DNA from: an uncultured Verrucomicrobiota bacterium
GTDB taxonomy: Bacteria; Verrucomicrobiota; Verrucomicrobiia; Limisphaerales; UBA9464
DNA length: 64,000 nt
Reading direction: 5' to 3'
NCBI GenBank assembly: GCA_903821635.1
Contig: CAIJLV010000150.1
Location: forward strand, 25,551-89,550
This document shows positions 54,306 to 63,289 of the stretch, one piece after another (the first letter of the stretch is position 1; each line of letters starts with the position of its first letter). The notes under the pieces are model-generated. The model was not told the DNA's origin. It was given only the letters and a program-made list of their open reading frames with translations, and did not search any database. The translations under genes were made by a program, and so were the position numbers.

Positions 54306-56309
54306 TCAAAACAGCTCGATGTTATCACCCAACGGCATCGGGGCGGGCGCGGCCGCCGGCGGGGGGGCGGCCACTGGGGCAGCCACCGGGGCGGCGGTAG
54401 GCGGATTGGTCGGGGGCTCGTCCGCTTGGAAAAAAACGCAATCTGCCGCCGCCGGCGCGGCCGCGACGGCCGAAACAATCGCCCCGACCGGCGCCGAGCC
54501 CGCCGTGGCCGCTTGTTTGCGGGCGAGGATCGTCTCGTGAATCGCCCGCTCCGAAGCCACCGTGTAATTGGCCTGTAATCGGGCGCTTTCTTGGGCCCCC
54601 TGCGAATCGGCCAACAAGTCAAAAGAGGCGGTCTGATCCACCACCGTTTGAATCGCACCAACAAGTTGTTCCAAATCGGCGTTGGCCGCCTCGGCAAACG
54701 GCAGGTGCTCCACCGCTGCCCGCGCCTCGTCACGCGTCTGCCCCACCATCACGCCAAATTTTTGAAACGTATCGAGGGTGACATCGCGGTGTTGGTGCAG
54801 TCGCACTTTCACCGCTTCCGCCTCCGCCTCCAGCCACTGCTGCTGGGCGGCCACCGCATCCTGCAGCTCCTTGCACTCCGCCACCAAGGAATCGAATCCA
54901 GTGATCAACCGGTCTAGTCCCGCCGCGGCCTCGTTGTTGGCGACGGAGGCCTCATCGGCAATCTGGCAGGTCCGCTGAGAGAGCACTTCCAACCCCGTGC
55001 CCACCCCGACTTGGGCGGCTTGGATCTGGGCGTTGAGGGCGATGATGCGAATGCTTTGGGAGAGCCGGCGCATCGCCCCGGTGAGGTCGGAAGCCATGCC
55101 CGCGAGCGGCTTCAGCGTTTCATACACTTCGGACTGGATCGCAAAGGTCTGCCGCACGAGGCCGGCAAGCTCATCCAGCGAATTCAGCACGACCTGCACC
55201 ACGCCGTCTTCTTGCACCGAAATTGTCCGGAAATCGCGCAACGTCAGGCACTCGCGATCCACTTCGTCGGTCCGTTCGATGATGGCGTCAAACGCCTCGG
55301 CAATCGCCAGTTCCGCCTGGCTCAGTTCCGCCTCCACCGCGACCACCTGCCCCACCTGCACCTCCCCGGTCTCCCTCAGGAAGGCGCCCGCCGCCGGCCA
55401 AGAATTGCGGTCAGCTCCCGCCAACCGCTGGCCCATACCCACGAGCGCGTCATCGACGTGTTTGAGCTTCTGCCGGGTGATATCCTCGAACTGAACCGCC
55501 CCAATCACCCGCGCCACCGCCGTTTGGAGGCCATGGGCGGCATCGGCTAGGCGAACGTCGCGGCCGCGGTTCTCTTCCAACGCGAGCCGAAGACCTTCGA
55601 GGGTTTGGGCGATCACCGCTTTTTTCTGCACCGCCGCCTGCTGGTGCAACTGGATTTGAGGCCCCAACCGCACCACCAAGGCGCCGAGCTGAGACTCGGC
55701 CAGTTCCAGACTTTTAAACTGCTCGGAAAACAGGTTCAGCACCTGCTCGTGGAGTTGCTCAATATCTCGGGTCAGCGAAACGAATACCGCCCGAACCCCG
55801 GCATCCAGCACTGAAGACTCAATCCGAAAGGCCACTTGGATGAACCGTAACGGCGCCACGACGGATTCCATGATTCCTTCGAGATGGCGAACCTCCGTGA
55901 TCAACTGTTGGTGCCGGCGCAGGTGCTCAACCACCTCGGCTGAACGAGCGAGGCAGTCATCCAGCACCTTGATCGGCGGCTGGAGCACATTGATCGCTTC
56001 GTGAAGCTGATCTTCGCCATCCGCTTGGCCCGTGGCCAACCGGAGCAAATGTTCGCCGGTGGCCACGACGTCTTCGCTCAGTTGGGCGAGCTTTTCGAGG
56101 CGGGTCCCAATTTGGAGAAAGTGCTGTTCCAAGCGGGTCCCGATTTCCCCGAGCACGGGCCGTTCGGCCTCGACCACGGAAAAATTAAGGGCCAACTGCC
56201 GGCGGATGGCGGGGTTGTGACGACTGACAGTCTGCCGCATCTGACCCCACCAGCGGGCGGGAAGCATCCGACCGGCTGACCACACGTTATGAAACCGTCT
56301 TGTAATCAT
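54306..56309 (-). CDS. Soluble MCP-like protein with a divergent signalling domain
   Basis: 'SQSIRIIALNAQIQAAQVGVGTGLEVLSQRTCQIADEA' resembles the MCP hairpin tip but is degenerate. The protein is long and coiled-coil-like and contains 'VQFEDITRQKLKHV'. It has a Pro/Ala-rich tail ending '...GDNIELF'. A sigma-28-like motif 43 nt upstream supports the start at 56309. Confidence 0.6.
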   Translation of the reverse strand: MITRRFHNVWSAGRMLPARWWGQMRQTVSRHNPAIRRQLALNFSVVEAERPVLGEIGTRLEQHFLQIGTRLEKLAQLSEDVVATGEHLLRLATGQADGEDQLHEAINVLQPPIKVLDDCLARSAEVVEHLRRHQQLITEVRHLEGIMESVVAPLRFIQVAFRIESSVLDAGVRAVFVSLTRDIEQLHEQVLNLFSEQFKSLELAESQLGALVVRLGPQIQLHQQAAVQKKAVIAQTLEGLRLALEENRGRDVRLADAAHGLQTAVARVIGAVQFEDITRQKLKHVDDALVGMGQRLAGADRNSWPAAGAFLRETGEVQVGQVVAVEAELSQAELAIAEAFDAIIERTDEVDRECLTLRDFRTISVQEDGVVQVVLNSLDELAGLVRQTFAIQSEVYETLKPLAGMASDLTGAMRRLSQSIRIIALNAQIQAAQVGVGTGLEVLSQRTCQIADEASVANNEAAAGLDRLITGFDSLVAECKELQDAVAAQQQWLEAEAEAVKVRLHQHRDVTLDTFQKFGVMVGQTRDEARAAVEHLPFAEAANADLEQLVGAIQTVVDQTASFDLLADSQGAQESARLQANYTVASERAIHETILARKQAATAGSAPVGAIVSAVAAAPAAADCVFFQADEPPTNPPTAAPVAAPVAAPPPAAAPAPMPLGDNIELF

Positions 56310-56351
56310 GTGACTAGGGCGCCGCCCGATAATTCTTGGGCCGGTGCTGGG

Positions 56352-56377
56352 GCATCGGCATAACGCGCCGCCACTTG
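56352..56377 (-). promoter_or_regulatory. Sigma-28-type promoter candidate upstream of the MCP-like gene
   Basis: The minus strand reads CAAG-N15-CCGATGC. The -10 element ends about 42 nt before the ATG at 56309. Confidence 0.4.
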
Positions 56378-56531
56378 AGTCCCGAGCCACATTCTGTTTC
56401 GCCACCAAGGCTCGGAGCTAAAGCCGGACGCTAGCCCGCCGATGAACCCTCCAGCGGTTGGCGCGCACCCGTTAACGAATAGCGAAACGGGCTCGGGCGA
56501 GCCCCCCCTTAGTTCGAAGTTTCGTCCCACC

Positions 56532-58136
56532 ATGCCCGGTTCCTCGCCCAACCAGCTTTCGCCCCGTCGCGGGCGTGTTCTTGGCGTTGAAGATGACGCC
56601 ATCTCGCGGCGCGCCTTGGAGCTGCATTTGCAGCGGAGCGGGTTTGATGCGGTGATGGCCAGCGACGCGGCGCAGGCCCGGACCCAGTTCACACTCAGCG
56701 GTAGTTCCCGATTCGACTGCGTCGTGACGGACTTCCGGATGCCCGGGGAAACCGGGGCGGAATTGCTCACTTGGCTAAGGACTCAGGATGCCACCCTGTC
56801 GTCGATCATGCTGACGGCCAAAGGGGAGCGGCAAATCGTGCTCGATTCCCTGCGGGCCGGCGCGTGCGATTTTATCGAAAAACCGTATCGGCAAATGGAG
56901 TTGGCCAGCGCCATCGATGGGGCGATCAAATGCACCCGCGACCAACGGTGGCTTTCCCAGACCCAGGCCGAGGCCCTCGCCGTGGGCCAGACCCAACGCC
57001 GGTTGCTGGCGGCCAGCTCCGGCACCCTTACCAACGGGGTGGTCTTTTGCCATTATCCCAAGCACGGGGCCGGGGGGGATTTTTTTACCGTCTTTCCGCT
57101 CGACCAAGACCGCTTGCTAGTGCTGGTGGCCGACGTCTCGGGACACGATCTCCAGGCCGCCTTCATCTCGGCGTATTTTCAAGGCATCACCCGGGGCATG
57201 CTGGAAAAGCAGACGAAAATCACGGCCATCCTGAACTTCTTCAACTGCTACCTGATTCACGAGTGGAACCATTGGCCAGTCGGCCTGAAACAAGCTCCCA
57301 CCTCGATCGCGGTCTGCGCCCTAGTGCTCGACCGCAGGGCCGGTGAAATCACCGTGTTCAATAGCGGCGCTCCGGCCCCTCGGCTGATGGGAGGCGAACT
57401 CGACCGCTGCGCCCGCGCCTTGGAGTTGGGCGGGCATCCGTTGGGATGGTTCGAAGATTCTAAACCCGAGGTTAACCAACTGCTGCTACCCTTGGACGGC
57501 GGAATCATCCTGTGGACGGACGGATTGGAAGATCACGCCCACACTCTGGGCGTCAGCGACTGGAGCCTCGCCTACCGCCTGCTCACGCTCCGAGCCGACA
57601 ACGAAGCCACCAGCCGGCTGGAAGAGGCCCCCGATGACATCCTCGTGGTCCGCCTACCAGTGGGCCTCGACCGACAGGTGGCGGTTCACACTCTACTGGA
57701 CGAGTGCTATCCTGGCTCCGGTTGGCCCCTGATTGACGACTTTCAAGCCCGCTGGGAACGCAGCCTAAAGCTCGCCTTGCCAGCCGCCGCCCCCCAGCGA
57801 TTGGACGAAATCTGCCTCTGCCTGCGCGAAGCCTGCCTGAACGCGTTGCGGCACGGTTGCCAGCAACAACCAGATCAGTCGGCCCGCGTCGTCATCGCCT
57901 ACGAAGTCGGGCCGAATCGGCTCCGGGTCCTCATCGACGATCCCGGTTCCGGCCACAGCTTCGACTGGCAGACCCACGAGCAACGCGCACTCGAAGAACT
58001 CATCGCTGAACACCGCGGTCTGAGCCTTATCAATGCCTTTGCCGATTCGGTTTACTCAGAACGCAACGGGGCCCGCCTGACGCTTGAATTCGCGCTCACC
58101 CCGGGGAGCGGCCTTACTTACCCACCATCAATATGA
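56532..58136 (+). CDS. Three-domain response regulator: receiver + PP2C (SpoIIE-type) phosphatase + anti-sigma-type Ser kinase (HATPase_c); HsbR-like
   Basis: REC 'RVLGVEDDAISRRALE...CVVTDFRMPGETG...IMLTAKG...DFIEKPY'. PP2C 'GGDFFTVFPLDQDRLLVLVADVSGHDLQAAFISAY...WTDGLEDH'. Kinase-like 'LREACLNALRHG...RVLIDDPGSGH...RGLSLINAFADSV'. The start is at 56532 or 56442. Confidence 0.8.
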   Translation: MPGSSPNQLSPRRGRVLGVEDDAISRRALELHLQRSGFDAVMASDAAQARTQFTLSGSSRFDCVVTDFRMPGETGAELLTWLRTQDATLSSIMLTAKGERQIVLDSLRAGACDFIEKPYRQMELASAIDGAIKCTRDQRWLSQTQAEALAVGQTQRRLLAASSGTLTNGVVFCHYPKHGAGGDFFTVFPLDQDRLLVLVADVSGHDLQAAFISAYFQGITRGMLEKQTKITAILNFFNCYLIHEWNHWPVGLKQAPTSIAVCALVLDRRAGEITVFNSGAPAPRLMGGELDRCARALELGGHPLGWFEDSKPEVNQLLLPLDGGIILWTDGLEDHAHTLGVSDWSLAYRLLTLRADNEATSRLEEAPDDILVVRLPVGLDRQVAVHTLLDECYPGSGWPLIDDFQARWERSLKLALPAAAPQRLDEICLCLREACLNALRHGCQQQPDQSARVVIAYEVGPNRLRVLIDDPGSGHSFDWQTHEQRALEELIAEHRGLSLINAFADSVYSERNGARLTLEFALTPGSGLTYPPSI

Positions 58137-58483
58137 AATATGAACTTCAACCCGATTGTTTGGCCGTAGTCGTGCCCGGCAATCTGGTCAGCACCTCAGT
58201 CGAGGCGTTCCGCCTCCAATTCGACGGCATCCTAGAAGATCCCAAAGTCCGCAAGATGGCGCCCAAAACGATGGAACTGGACCTCCGCCAAGCCCGACAA
58301 ATGGACTCCGCCGGCCTCAATCTCTTGGTCACGCTCGTGAAATTGGGCCGGGAGCGCGGGTTCAAACTCCGGGCGCTTGTGGCCAACCCAACCCTGCAGC
58401 GCACGCTCCAGTTCACCCGCATGGATCGCATTCTAGACGTGGTGCCGGTCGCTGAACCGGCCGAACTCGCCGAACCGGCTTGA
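58133..58483 (+). CDS. STAS-domain anti-sigma-factor antagonist (HsbA/SpoIIAA/RsbV-like)
   Basis: 116 aa. 'MELDLRQARQMDSAGLNLLVTLVKLGRERGFKLRALVANPTLQRTLQFTRMDRIL' carries the conserved phosphorylatable Ser in 'DSAG'. It has an ATGA overlap with the upstream gene. Confidence 0.8.
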   Translation: MKYELQPDCLAVVVPGNLVSTSVEAFRLQFDGILEDPKVRKMAPKTMELDLRQARQMDSAGLNLLVTLVKLGRERGFKLRALVANPTLQRTLQFTRMDRILDVVPVAEPAELAEPA

Positions 58484-58615
58484 AGCACCGATGCCGGCGC
58501 TGCCCGCAGCCAAACCCAGAGGGAAGAACCGCGAAGGTGGACACCCTGCTGAAGCGGCCGGCCGGCGGGTGGAGGCAGACGTTCGCGCGTCCGCCCTACC
58601 CACCGATGCCGGCGC

Positions 58616-58996
58616 CTACGAATAGGATTGCCAGGTGGAATTTTGGCCCTGGCCGTAAGAACACCGCAGCCGACGGAGGTTCAGGCCAGACTGCTCCAAA
58701 ACGGCCCGTTCACTCCGGTGGGCTTCCAATTGTTGGGCGAGAAACGCCGAGTTTTCCTCTTCGCGGCGAACCAAATCACGGATGACGCGCTGCAATTCGG
58801 CGGCGCACGCACGCCCGCTGTCCGCCAGCGGGGAGACGCGGCGAGAGCAGGCTTCGACCAACTTCTGGAGTCCGGCCTTCTGCGCCTGCAACTCAGTCAC
58901 CGCCGACCAACTGGCGGCCCGAATGGCGCGGGCTTCAGACTCGGTCAACTCCAGCCAGCGGCCGTAAAGGTCGAGCAGTTCAGTGGCGGCATTCAC
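58616..58996 (-). CDS. Flagellar chaperone-like protein (FliT/FlgN-like)
   Basis: 126-aa helical protein directly downstream of fliS. 'LLDLYGRWLELTESEARAIRAASWSAVTELQAQKAGL' follows the FliT-type pattern. The call rests on position and pattern only. Confidence 0.4.
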   Translation of the reverse strand: MNAATELLDLYGRWLELTESEARAIRAASWSAVTELQAQKAGLQKLVEACSRRVSPLADSGRACAAELQRVIRDLVRREEENSAFLAQQLEAHRSERAVLEQSGLNLRRLRCSYGQGQNSTWQSYS

Positions 58997-59018
58997 CGGG
59001 GAGGGTCTCCTTCACCGC

Positions 59019-59459
59019 TCAGGCGGCGAGCATCGTGGGTAGTTTTTCGGCGGCAGCATCCGCCGGCGACCACGTGTTGCCTTGGAGCATCTGAGCCCAC
59101 GCTTCGCGCAGGACGGTCAGCCGCTGGATCACTTCTTCGATTCCGGCGGGAATCTTCTTCAAGTTACTCTCGTCCAAACGCCGATCGAAGTAGTCGTAAA
59201 GCCGCCGTAGCGTCGCAGCGCAGTCACCGCCCTGCTCCAAGTTCAGCGAGAGATTCAATTCATGAATGATCGCCTGCGCCCGCAGCACGTTGTTGCTGAT
59301 CGTCTCGCAGGATTCAGCCGGATCCTCCAAACCGAACCCGGTGAGCGCACGCTCCATGAATCGAAGTGCGCCATCGAACAACATCAGGACGAGTTGGCCC
59401 GGACTGGCGGTTTGGGTGGCCACCGACCGATAGGATGCCCAAGGATTCACGGCGTGCAT
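59019..59459 (-). CDS. fliS: Flagellin-specific export chaperone FliS
   Basis: 'YRSVATQTASPGQLVLMLFDGALRFMERA', 'LRAQAIIHELNLSLNLEQGGD.A..L..LYDYF..RL' and 'L..LREAW' match. Confidence 0.85.
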   Translation of the reverse strand: MHAVNPWASYRSVATQTASPGQLVLMLFDGALRFMERALTGFGLEDPAESCETISNNVLRAQAIIHELNLSLNLEQGGDCAATLRRLYDYFDRRLDESNLKKIPAGIEEVIQRLTVLREAWAQMLQGNTWSPADAAAEKLPTMLAA

Positions 59460-59471
59460 GTGACTTTGGTT

Positions 59472-59747
59472 TTATTGGGGAGAATCGAAGTTAATCGCCA
59501 ATAGGTTTGCTATCTTTCTGATAGTTTCGGCGGGGGGATACCGGGGATCGGTCGCGAGGGCCTTGCCGCGTTCCACGGCTTCTGTCCGAACTTCCGGCGC
59601 TTCGGCCAGCCGTGCTTCCAATGCCTGCGACTGATCCAGAACTACGTCGTCCGTGCGTGCCGCGGCCTCTTTGGGCCGCACCGGGCCGGAGACCACCTTG
59701 GCGGCAGTCTCCACCGGGGGATTAAGATTAATTTCCATACGGTTCAC
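59472..59747 (-). CDS. Anti-sigma-28 factor FlgM-like protein
   Basis: 91 aa and Ala/Glu-rich. The C-terminal 'VRTEAVERGKALATDPRYPPAETIRKIANLLA' resembles the FlgM C-terminal sigma-28-binding helices. A good sigma-28 promoter lies upstream. FlaG is the alternative call. Confidence 0.5.
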   Translation of the reverse strand: MNRMEINLNPPVETAAKVVSGPVRPKEAAARTDDVVLDQSQALEARLAEAPEVRTEAVERGKALATDPRYPPAETIRKIANLLAINFDSPQ

Positions 59748-59795
59748 CTGTAGCTTTTGGCAGGCTGCAAGAATTGATTTCCAACTCCACTATCA

Positions 59796-59822
59796 GTATC
59801 GGCTGGAGCGAGGGGAGCTTTA
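59796..59822 (-). promoter_or_regulatory. Sigma-28-type promoter upstream of flgM-like/fliS/fliT-like
   Basis: The minus strand reads TAAA-N15-GCCGATAC (7/8 in the -10 element, 4/4 in the -35 core), about 48 nt upstream of the ATG at 59747. Confidence 0.6.
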
Positions 59823-59864
59823 GCAGTTTTTCCAGCCGCACCAAACGGCATCCGCCACCTCGGC

Positions 59865-60548
59865 TCACTGCGCCGGCAGAGTCGCAAAGGTCGCGGCCGC
59901 CGCGTAGGCCGCAAAGCGACGGGGCGAACTCAGCACAATCCGCGAATCGCCCGTCCGGTAGCCCGGCGTCCGGGCGGACTGCTGGAAGCGTCGGGCAGCG
60001 TTGACCACGCTGGCTTCGCGGGCATCAAACACCTCATCCAGCTCCCACAACACCTGGGGTGTCGGACAGCCCACCAGCTTCAGGTGCCACCCGACTGCCA
60101 GCGGCGGATACGATTCATACCGGGTCAACCGCACAAACATCACGGCGTCACACCCCGACTGGTGCTGAAGCCGGCTAAAAAAATCGGCCGGCAACTCGGC
60201 CAGCGCGCTCCAATCACTCCGCCCCGTAGCCTCCGCCAGTTCTCGGGGCGAGAGCCAGACGACTTCAAAGCGCTGCGTCTGTTTCAGGCTGGTCCGCAAG
60301 GTAGATTCCAACTCCGCGCGGGCATCGACCGCCGCCGCACTGTCCACTTCGCTGGTGAGGGGCAACACTAGGACGCGCCGCAACAAGGGGTTTAACCGCC
60401 GGGTTTCCACCTGGACATTGGTCGGCCGAAACGGCGCCCCCAGAACGAGATCGTCCGGGTCCGGCAGCACGCAACCGCCGACCGCGAGGAATCCGCCGAG
60501 GAGGGCGGCTCGAACCTGGGCGCAGAAGGTTGACGGCGGACGGCTCAC
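59865..60548 (-). CDS. Putative lipoprotein of unknown function inside the flagellar cluster
   Basis: Signal and lipobox 'AALLGGFLAVGGC'. I recognised no motif. I prefer the GTG at 60548; the ATG at 60575 would overlap the fliD 3' end. Confidence 0.5.
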   Translation of the reverse strand: MSRPPSTFCAQVRAALLGGFLAVGGCVLPDPDDLVLGAPFRPTNVQVETRRLNPLLRRVLVLPLTSEVDSAAAVDARAELESTLRTSLKQTQRFEVVWLSPRELAEATGRSDWSALAELPADFFSRLQHQSGCDAVMFVRLTRYESYPPLAVGWHLKLVGCPTPQVLWELDEVFDAREASVVNAARRFQQSARTPGYRTGDSRIVLSSPRRFAAYAAAATFATLPAQ

Positions 60549-60561
60549 AAAAGGGACCTCG

Positions 60562-62304
60562 CTATTTGGAAGCACTCGATTGACCCAACTGTTGTTGGAG
60601 GAATTGCAGTTGTTGGTTGACCCGTTGCTGCACGGTTTCCATCGCGATGAAGCTGTCGATCATGCGCTGCCGGTTCTGCTGCACGATTCGTTCTAGGTTC
60701 TCGATTTCCGTATCGATGCCGCCAGCTTGTTTGGTCAGCAAATCTTGGCGATCAATCAGGGTGCCCTCCTCGCCGGCTTCCTCGCCCACGGTGGCTTCCA
60801 GAAAAGTCTCCAAATCCACCGCTAAACCGTCGCTCGCGTTGGTGAACAGGTCGCTGACCGCGCTCAGGTTGTTGGCCAAGGCTGTGTCCAGCTTTGCCTC
60901 ACCCTCGGCGGAGAACGCGAGGGAATTGTCGTTGCCGTTGGTCGTGATCCCAATGTCGGCCAAGTTCTTGAAGACGCCCGTCAGCCCGGAATTTGTGTTG
61001 TAGGCCAAGCGCCGCAAAGCGGAGGAGATTTCAAAGGGTTCCCGCTCATTCGCCAACAGTCCGGCAGTGACCTTGCCCTTGGAATCCGTGCTGCTGGCCG
61101 TCTGAGTGTCGATGACCGACTGAGCCTTGTTGTAGTCGGCAATGAAGTCGGTGATCGCGGTCTTGATCGTCGCCGTATCAGTCGCCACCACGACGTCAAA
61201 AGTCGCCCCCTCTTCCAACGCGGTGACCGACAGACCAGTCAGCCCCGAACTGCCTTCCGTAATGGTGTTGGACTGACTGCTCAACTGCCCGCCGCCGTTA
61301 ACCGTGTAGAGTAGATTGTTGCCCCGCGTGACCGTGCCCGAACTGAGTCCCGTCGCGGCGAGAAAATTACCGGTGACGTCCTCCAGCGCGACTCCGAGGT
61401 CGCCTGTCGTCTTGTTGGTCAGGATGAAGCGGTCGTTCACCGAATCGTAGCTGGCCGAGACCCCGGCCGCCGAATCGTTGATCCGCTGGAGAATGTTGCC
61501 GAGGTTGTCGGTGGCGCTGTCAAACTCGATGGCCACCCCGTTGATTTTGAACTCCCCGGCCCCGCTGCCACCATCCGTGATGGCGGTCGCCAGATTGGAG
61601 TTGGCCAGCGTGCCCGTGGTCACGACTCCACCCACGGCGCTGGAACTGGTGGCGGTCGCCGTCCCGTTATTTTGCAACCGGGCCACCTGCAAGAAATTGC
61701 TCGAATCCGTCGCACTCCCGAGGATGACTTCGCCCGAAGTCGCGGTGAAGGAAATCTGGTCCGTGGCGGAACTGTAGCTGGCCACCACATCGCCGCCGGT
61801 CGCAGTCCCGATCTGGTCAAAGACGTCCTGCAACGTATCGGTGGTTGCGATGGTGATCTGCTTGCCGTTGACCGTGAAGGTGCCGGCCGAGACGGCGGTG
61901 CTGAACCCGGCGGTGCTGAGATTCACGCCCGACACGTCGTCCGTCGCGCTCAACGCCGCGCCGGCGTTGGCGCTGCCCCGCTGAGCCGCCGCGGTGGCAA
62001 GCTGCGTGACATTGAAAGTGTAGCTGCCCAACGGCGTCGCCGCCGCCGCCGTGGCCGTGGCCGCGGACGTATTGCTCACCGTCGTCGTGCGGCCGTTGAA
62101 GAGTGAGCCGTCGGTCAACGCCTGAACCCGGTTCAGCAGGACGTTGAGCTGCGTCTTGATGCTGCCGTAGGCGTTGTTGCGCTGTTCGAGCCGGTTTTGC
62201 TCGACCAGCAACCGTTGTTGGGGCTGGCGCTCGACCTCGACCAGTTGCTCGACCAGCGACTTCCAGTCAAAGTTAGAGGCCAAGCCAGCCACTCCCAGGT
62301 CCAT
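60562..62304 (-). CDS. fliD: Flagellar filament capping protein FliD (hook-associated protein 2)
   Basis: N-terminus 'GLASNFDWKSLVEQLVEVERQPQQRL...QRNNAYGSIKTQL'. C-terminus 'IENLERIVQQNRQRMIDSFIAMETVQQRVNQQLQFL'. Ser/Thr/Gly-rich centre. Confidence 0.85.
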   Translation of the reverse strand: MDLGVAGLASNFDWKSLVEQLVEVERQPQQRLLVEQNRLEQRNNAYGSIKTQLNVLLNRVQALTDGSLFNGRTTTVSNTSAATATAAAATPLGSYTFNVTQLATAAAQRGSANAGAALSATDDVSGVNLSTAGFSTAVSAGTFTVNGKQITIATTDTLQDVFDQIGTATGGDVVASYSSATDQISFTATSGEVILGSATDSSNFLQVARLQNNGTATATSSSAVGGVVTTGTLANSNLATAITDGGSGAGEFKINGVAIEFDSATDNLGNILQRINDSAAGVSASYDSVNDRFILTNKTTGDLGVALEDVTGNFLAATGLSSGTVTRGNNLLYTVNGGGQLSSQSNTITEGSSGLTGLSVTALEEGATFDVVVATDTATIKTAITDFIADYNKAQSVIDTQTASSTDSKGKVTAGLLANEREPFEISSALRRLAYNTNSGLTGVFKNLADIGITTNGNDNSLAFSAEGEAKLDTALANNLSAVSDLFTNASDGLAVDLETFLEATVGEEAGEEGTLIDRQDLLTKQAGGIDTEIENLERIVQQNRQRMIDSFIAMETVQQRVNQQLQFLQQQLGQSSASK

Positions 62305-62354
62305 AAGGCGAAATCGGTTTGAATTGGAGAAACTTGAGGCCGGCTCAGGGCCGA

Positions 62355-62397
62355 CTCGAAAAGGTCAAAGGTTCCGGCAGCACCCGCCGCCGGAACC
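62355..62397 (-). terminator. Stem-loop (9-bp GC-rich stem) followed by a U-rich tract between fliC and fliD
   Basis: mRNA sense is GGTTCCGGC-(10 nt)-GCCGGAACC followed by TTTGACCTTTTCGA, 28 nt after the fliC stop. Confidence 0.5.
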
Positions 62398-62425
62398 CGT
62401 AACGCCACGATCAACTTCCGGCCGC

Positions 62426-63229
62426 TTATTGCAGCAGACGGAGGGCGGACTGCGGCGTGGAGTTCGCCTGAGCGAGCATCGCGGTGCCTGCCTGGACCAG
62501 GATGTTCAACTTGGCGAAGTTGGTGCTTTCCTCAGCCACATCCACGTCCTTGATGCGGCTGTTGGCCGCGGACAGGTTGTCTTTGAGGACTGACAATTGT
62601 TCCCCATAGGAGCCCAACACCGAGATGTTGGCGCCCAGGTTGGCGCGATCCGTGGCCATCTGGTCGATGGCAGCCTTCACGTTGGTGAGGGCAGTGGCCG
62701 CATTGGCTGCTGTATCCACCGTCGAAGCGGTGGCGGTGGTATAGGCTGCCGCCGCAAGATCCACGCCAGTGGTGCTGAAGGCGTTGCCGTCGCTATCCAC
62801 CGTGACGTCGAGGGCCGTGCCGTCAAACAGCGCGATCTCGTTAAACTCTTTGGTGGCAATATCGTCTACGTAGGCACCCAGTTGGGTGAACTCCGCATTG
62901 TAGAGAGCCCGATCTGCATCTGATTTGGTGACGTCCTGCGCCGCAATGGAGAGTTCGCCCATTCGGTCAAACGCCTTGCCAACCTTCTGCATATAACCGT
63001 CCTGCGTCTGGTTGAATGACACGGCATTGCCGATGTTGGAACTCGCCGCCTTGATTCGACTGATCTGTGCGTCGAAGCGCACCGACACGGCAAGACCGGC
63101 CGCGTCATCTTCCGGCGAAATAATTTTCGAGCCAGAGGACAACCGCGACAGCGATTTGCTGAGCGATGAGGACGATTCCGAGAGGAGGCGCGCGCTAGTG
63201 AGTGCCGCCGTATTAGTATTGATGACCAT
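62426..63229 (-). CDS. fliC: Flagellin
   Basis: 'MVINTNTAALTSARLL...LSRLSSGSKIISPEDDAAGLAVS' and the C-terminus 'EESTNFAKLNILVQAGTAMLAQANSTPQSALRLLQ'. It is short (267 aa). Confidence 0.9.
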   Translation of the reverse strand: MVINTNTAALTSARLLSESSSSLSKSLSRLSSGSKIISPEDDAAGLAVSVRFDAQISRIKAASSNIGNAVSFNQTQDGYMQKVGKAFDRMGELSIAAQDVTKSDADRALYNAEFTQLGAYVDDIATKEFNEIALFDGTALDVTVDSDGNAFSTTGVDLAAAAYTTATASTVDTAANAATALTNVKAAIDQMATDRANLGANISVLGSYGEQLSVLKDNLSAANSRIKDVDVAEESTNFAKLNILVQAGTAMLAQANSTPQSALRLLQ

Positions 63230-63271
63230 AACCGACTCCTTCCTTGAGTCACCCCTTGCGGGGTTTTAAGT

Positions 63272-63289
63272 CGCGGCATCCTTGCCGCG
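63272..63289 (-). promoter_or_regulatory. GGA-loop hairpin in the fliC 5' leader (CsrA-binding-site-like)
   Basis: mRNA sense is CGCGGCA-AGGA-UGCCGCG, a 7-bp stem with an AGGA tetraloop. A second GGA-rich element AAGGAAGGAG forms the ribosome-binding region at 63236-63245. Confidence 0.45.

Noticed and set aside
62311-62336. Sixth sigma-28-like motif (CAAG-N15-CCGATTT) as an independent fliD promoter
   Set aside because: The -10 element ends only 6 nt before the fliD ATG, so it would require a leaderless transcript, and the match is the weakest of the set. I kept it only as a remark within the motif finding.
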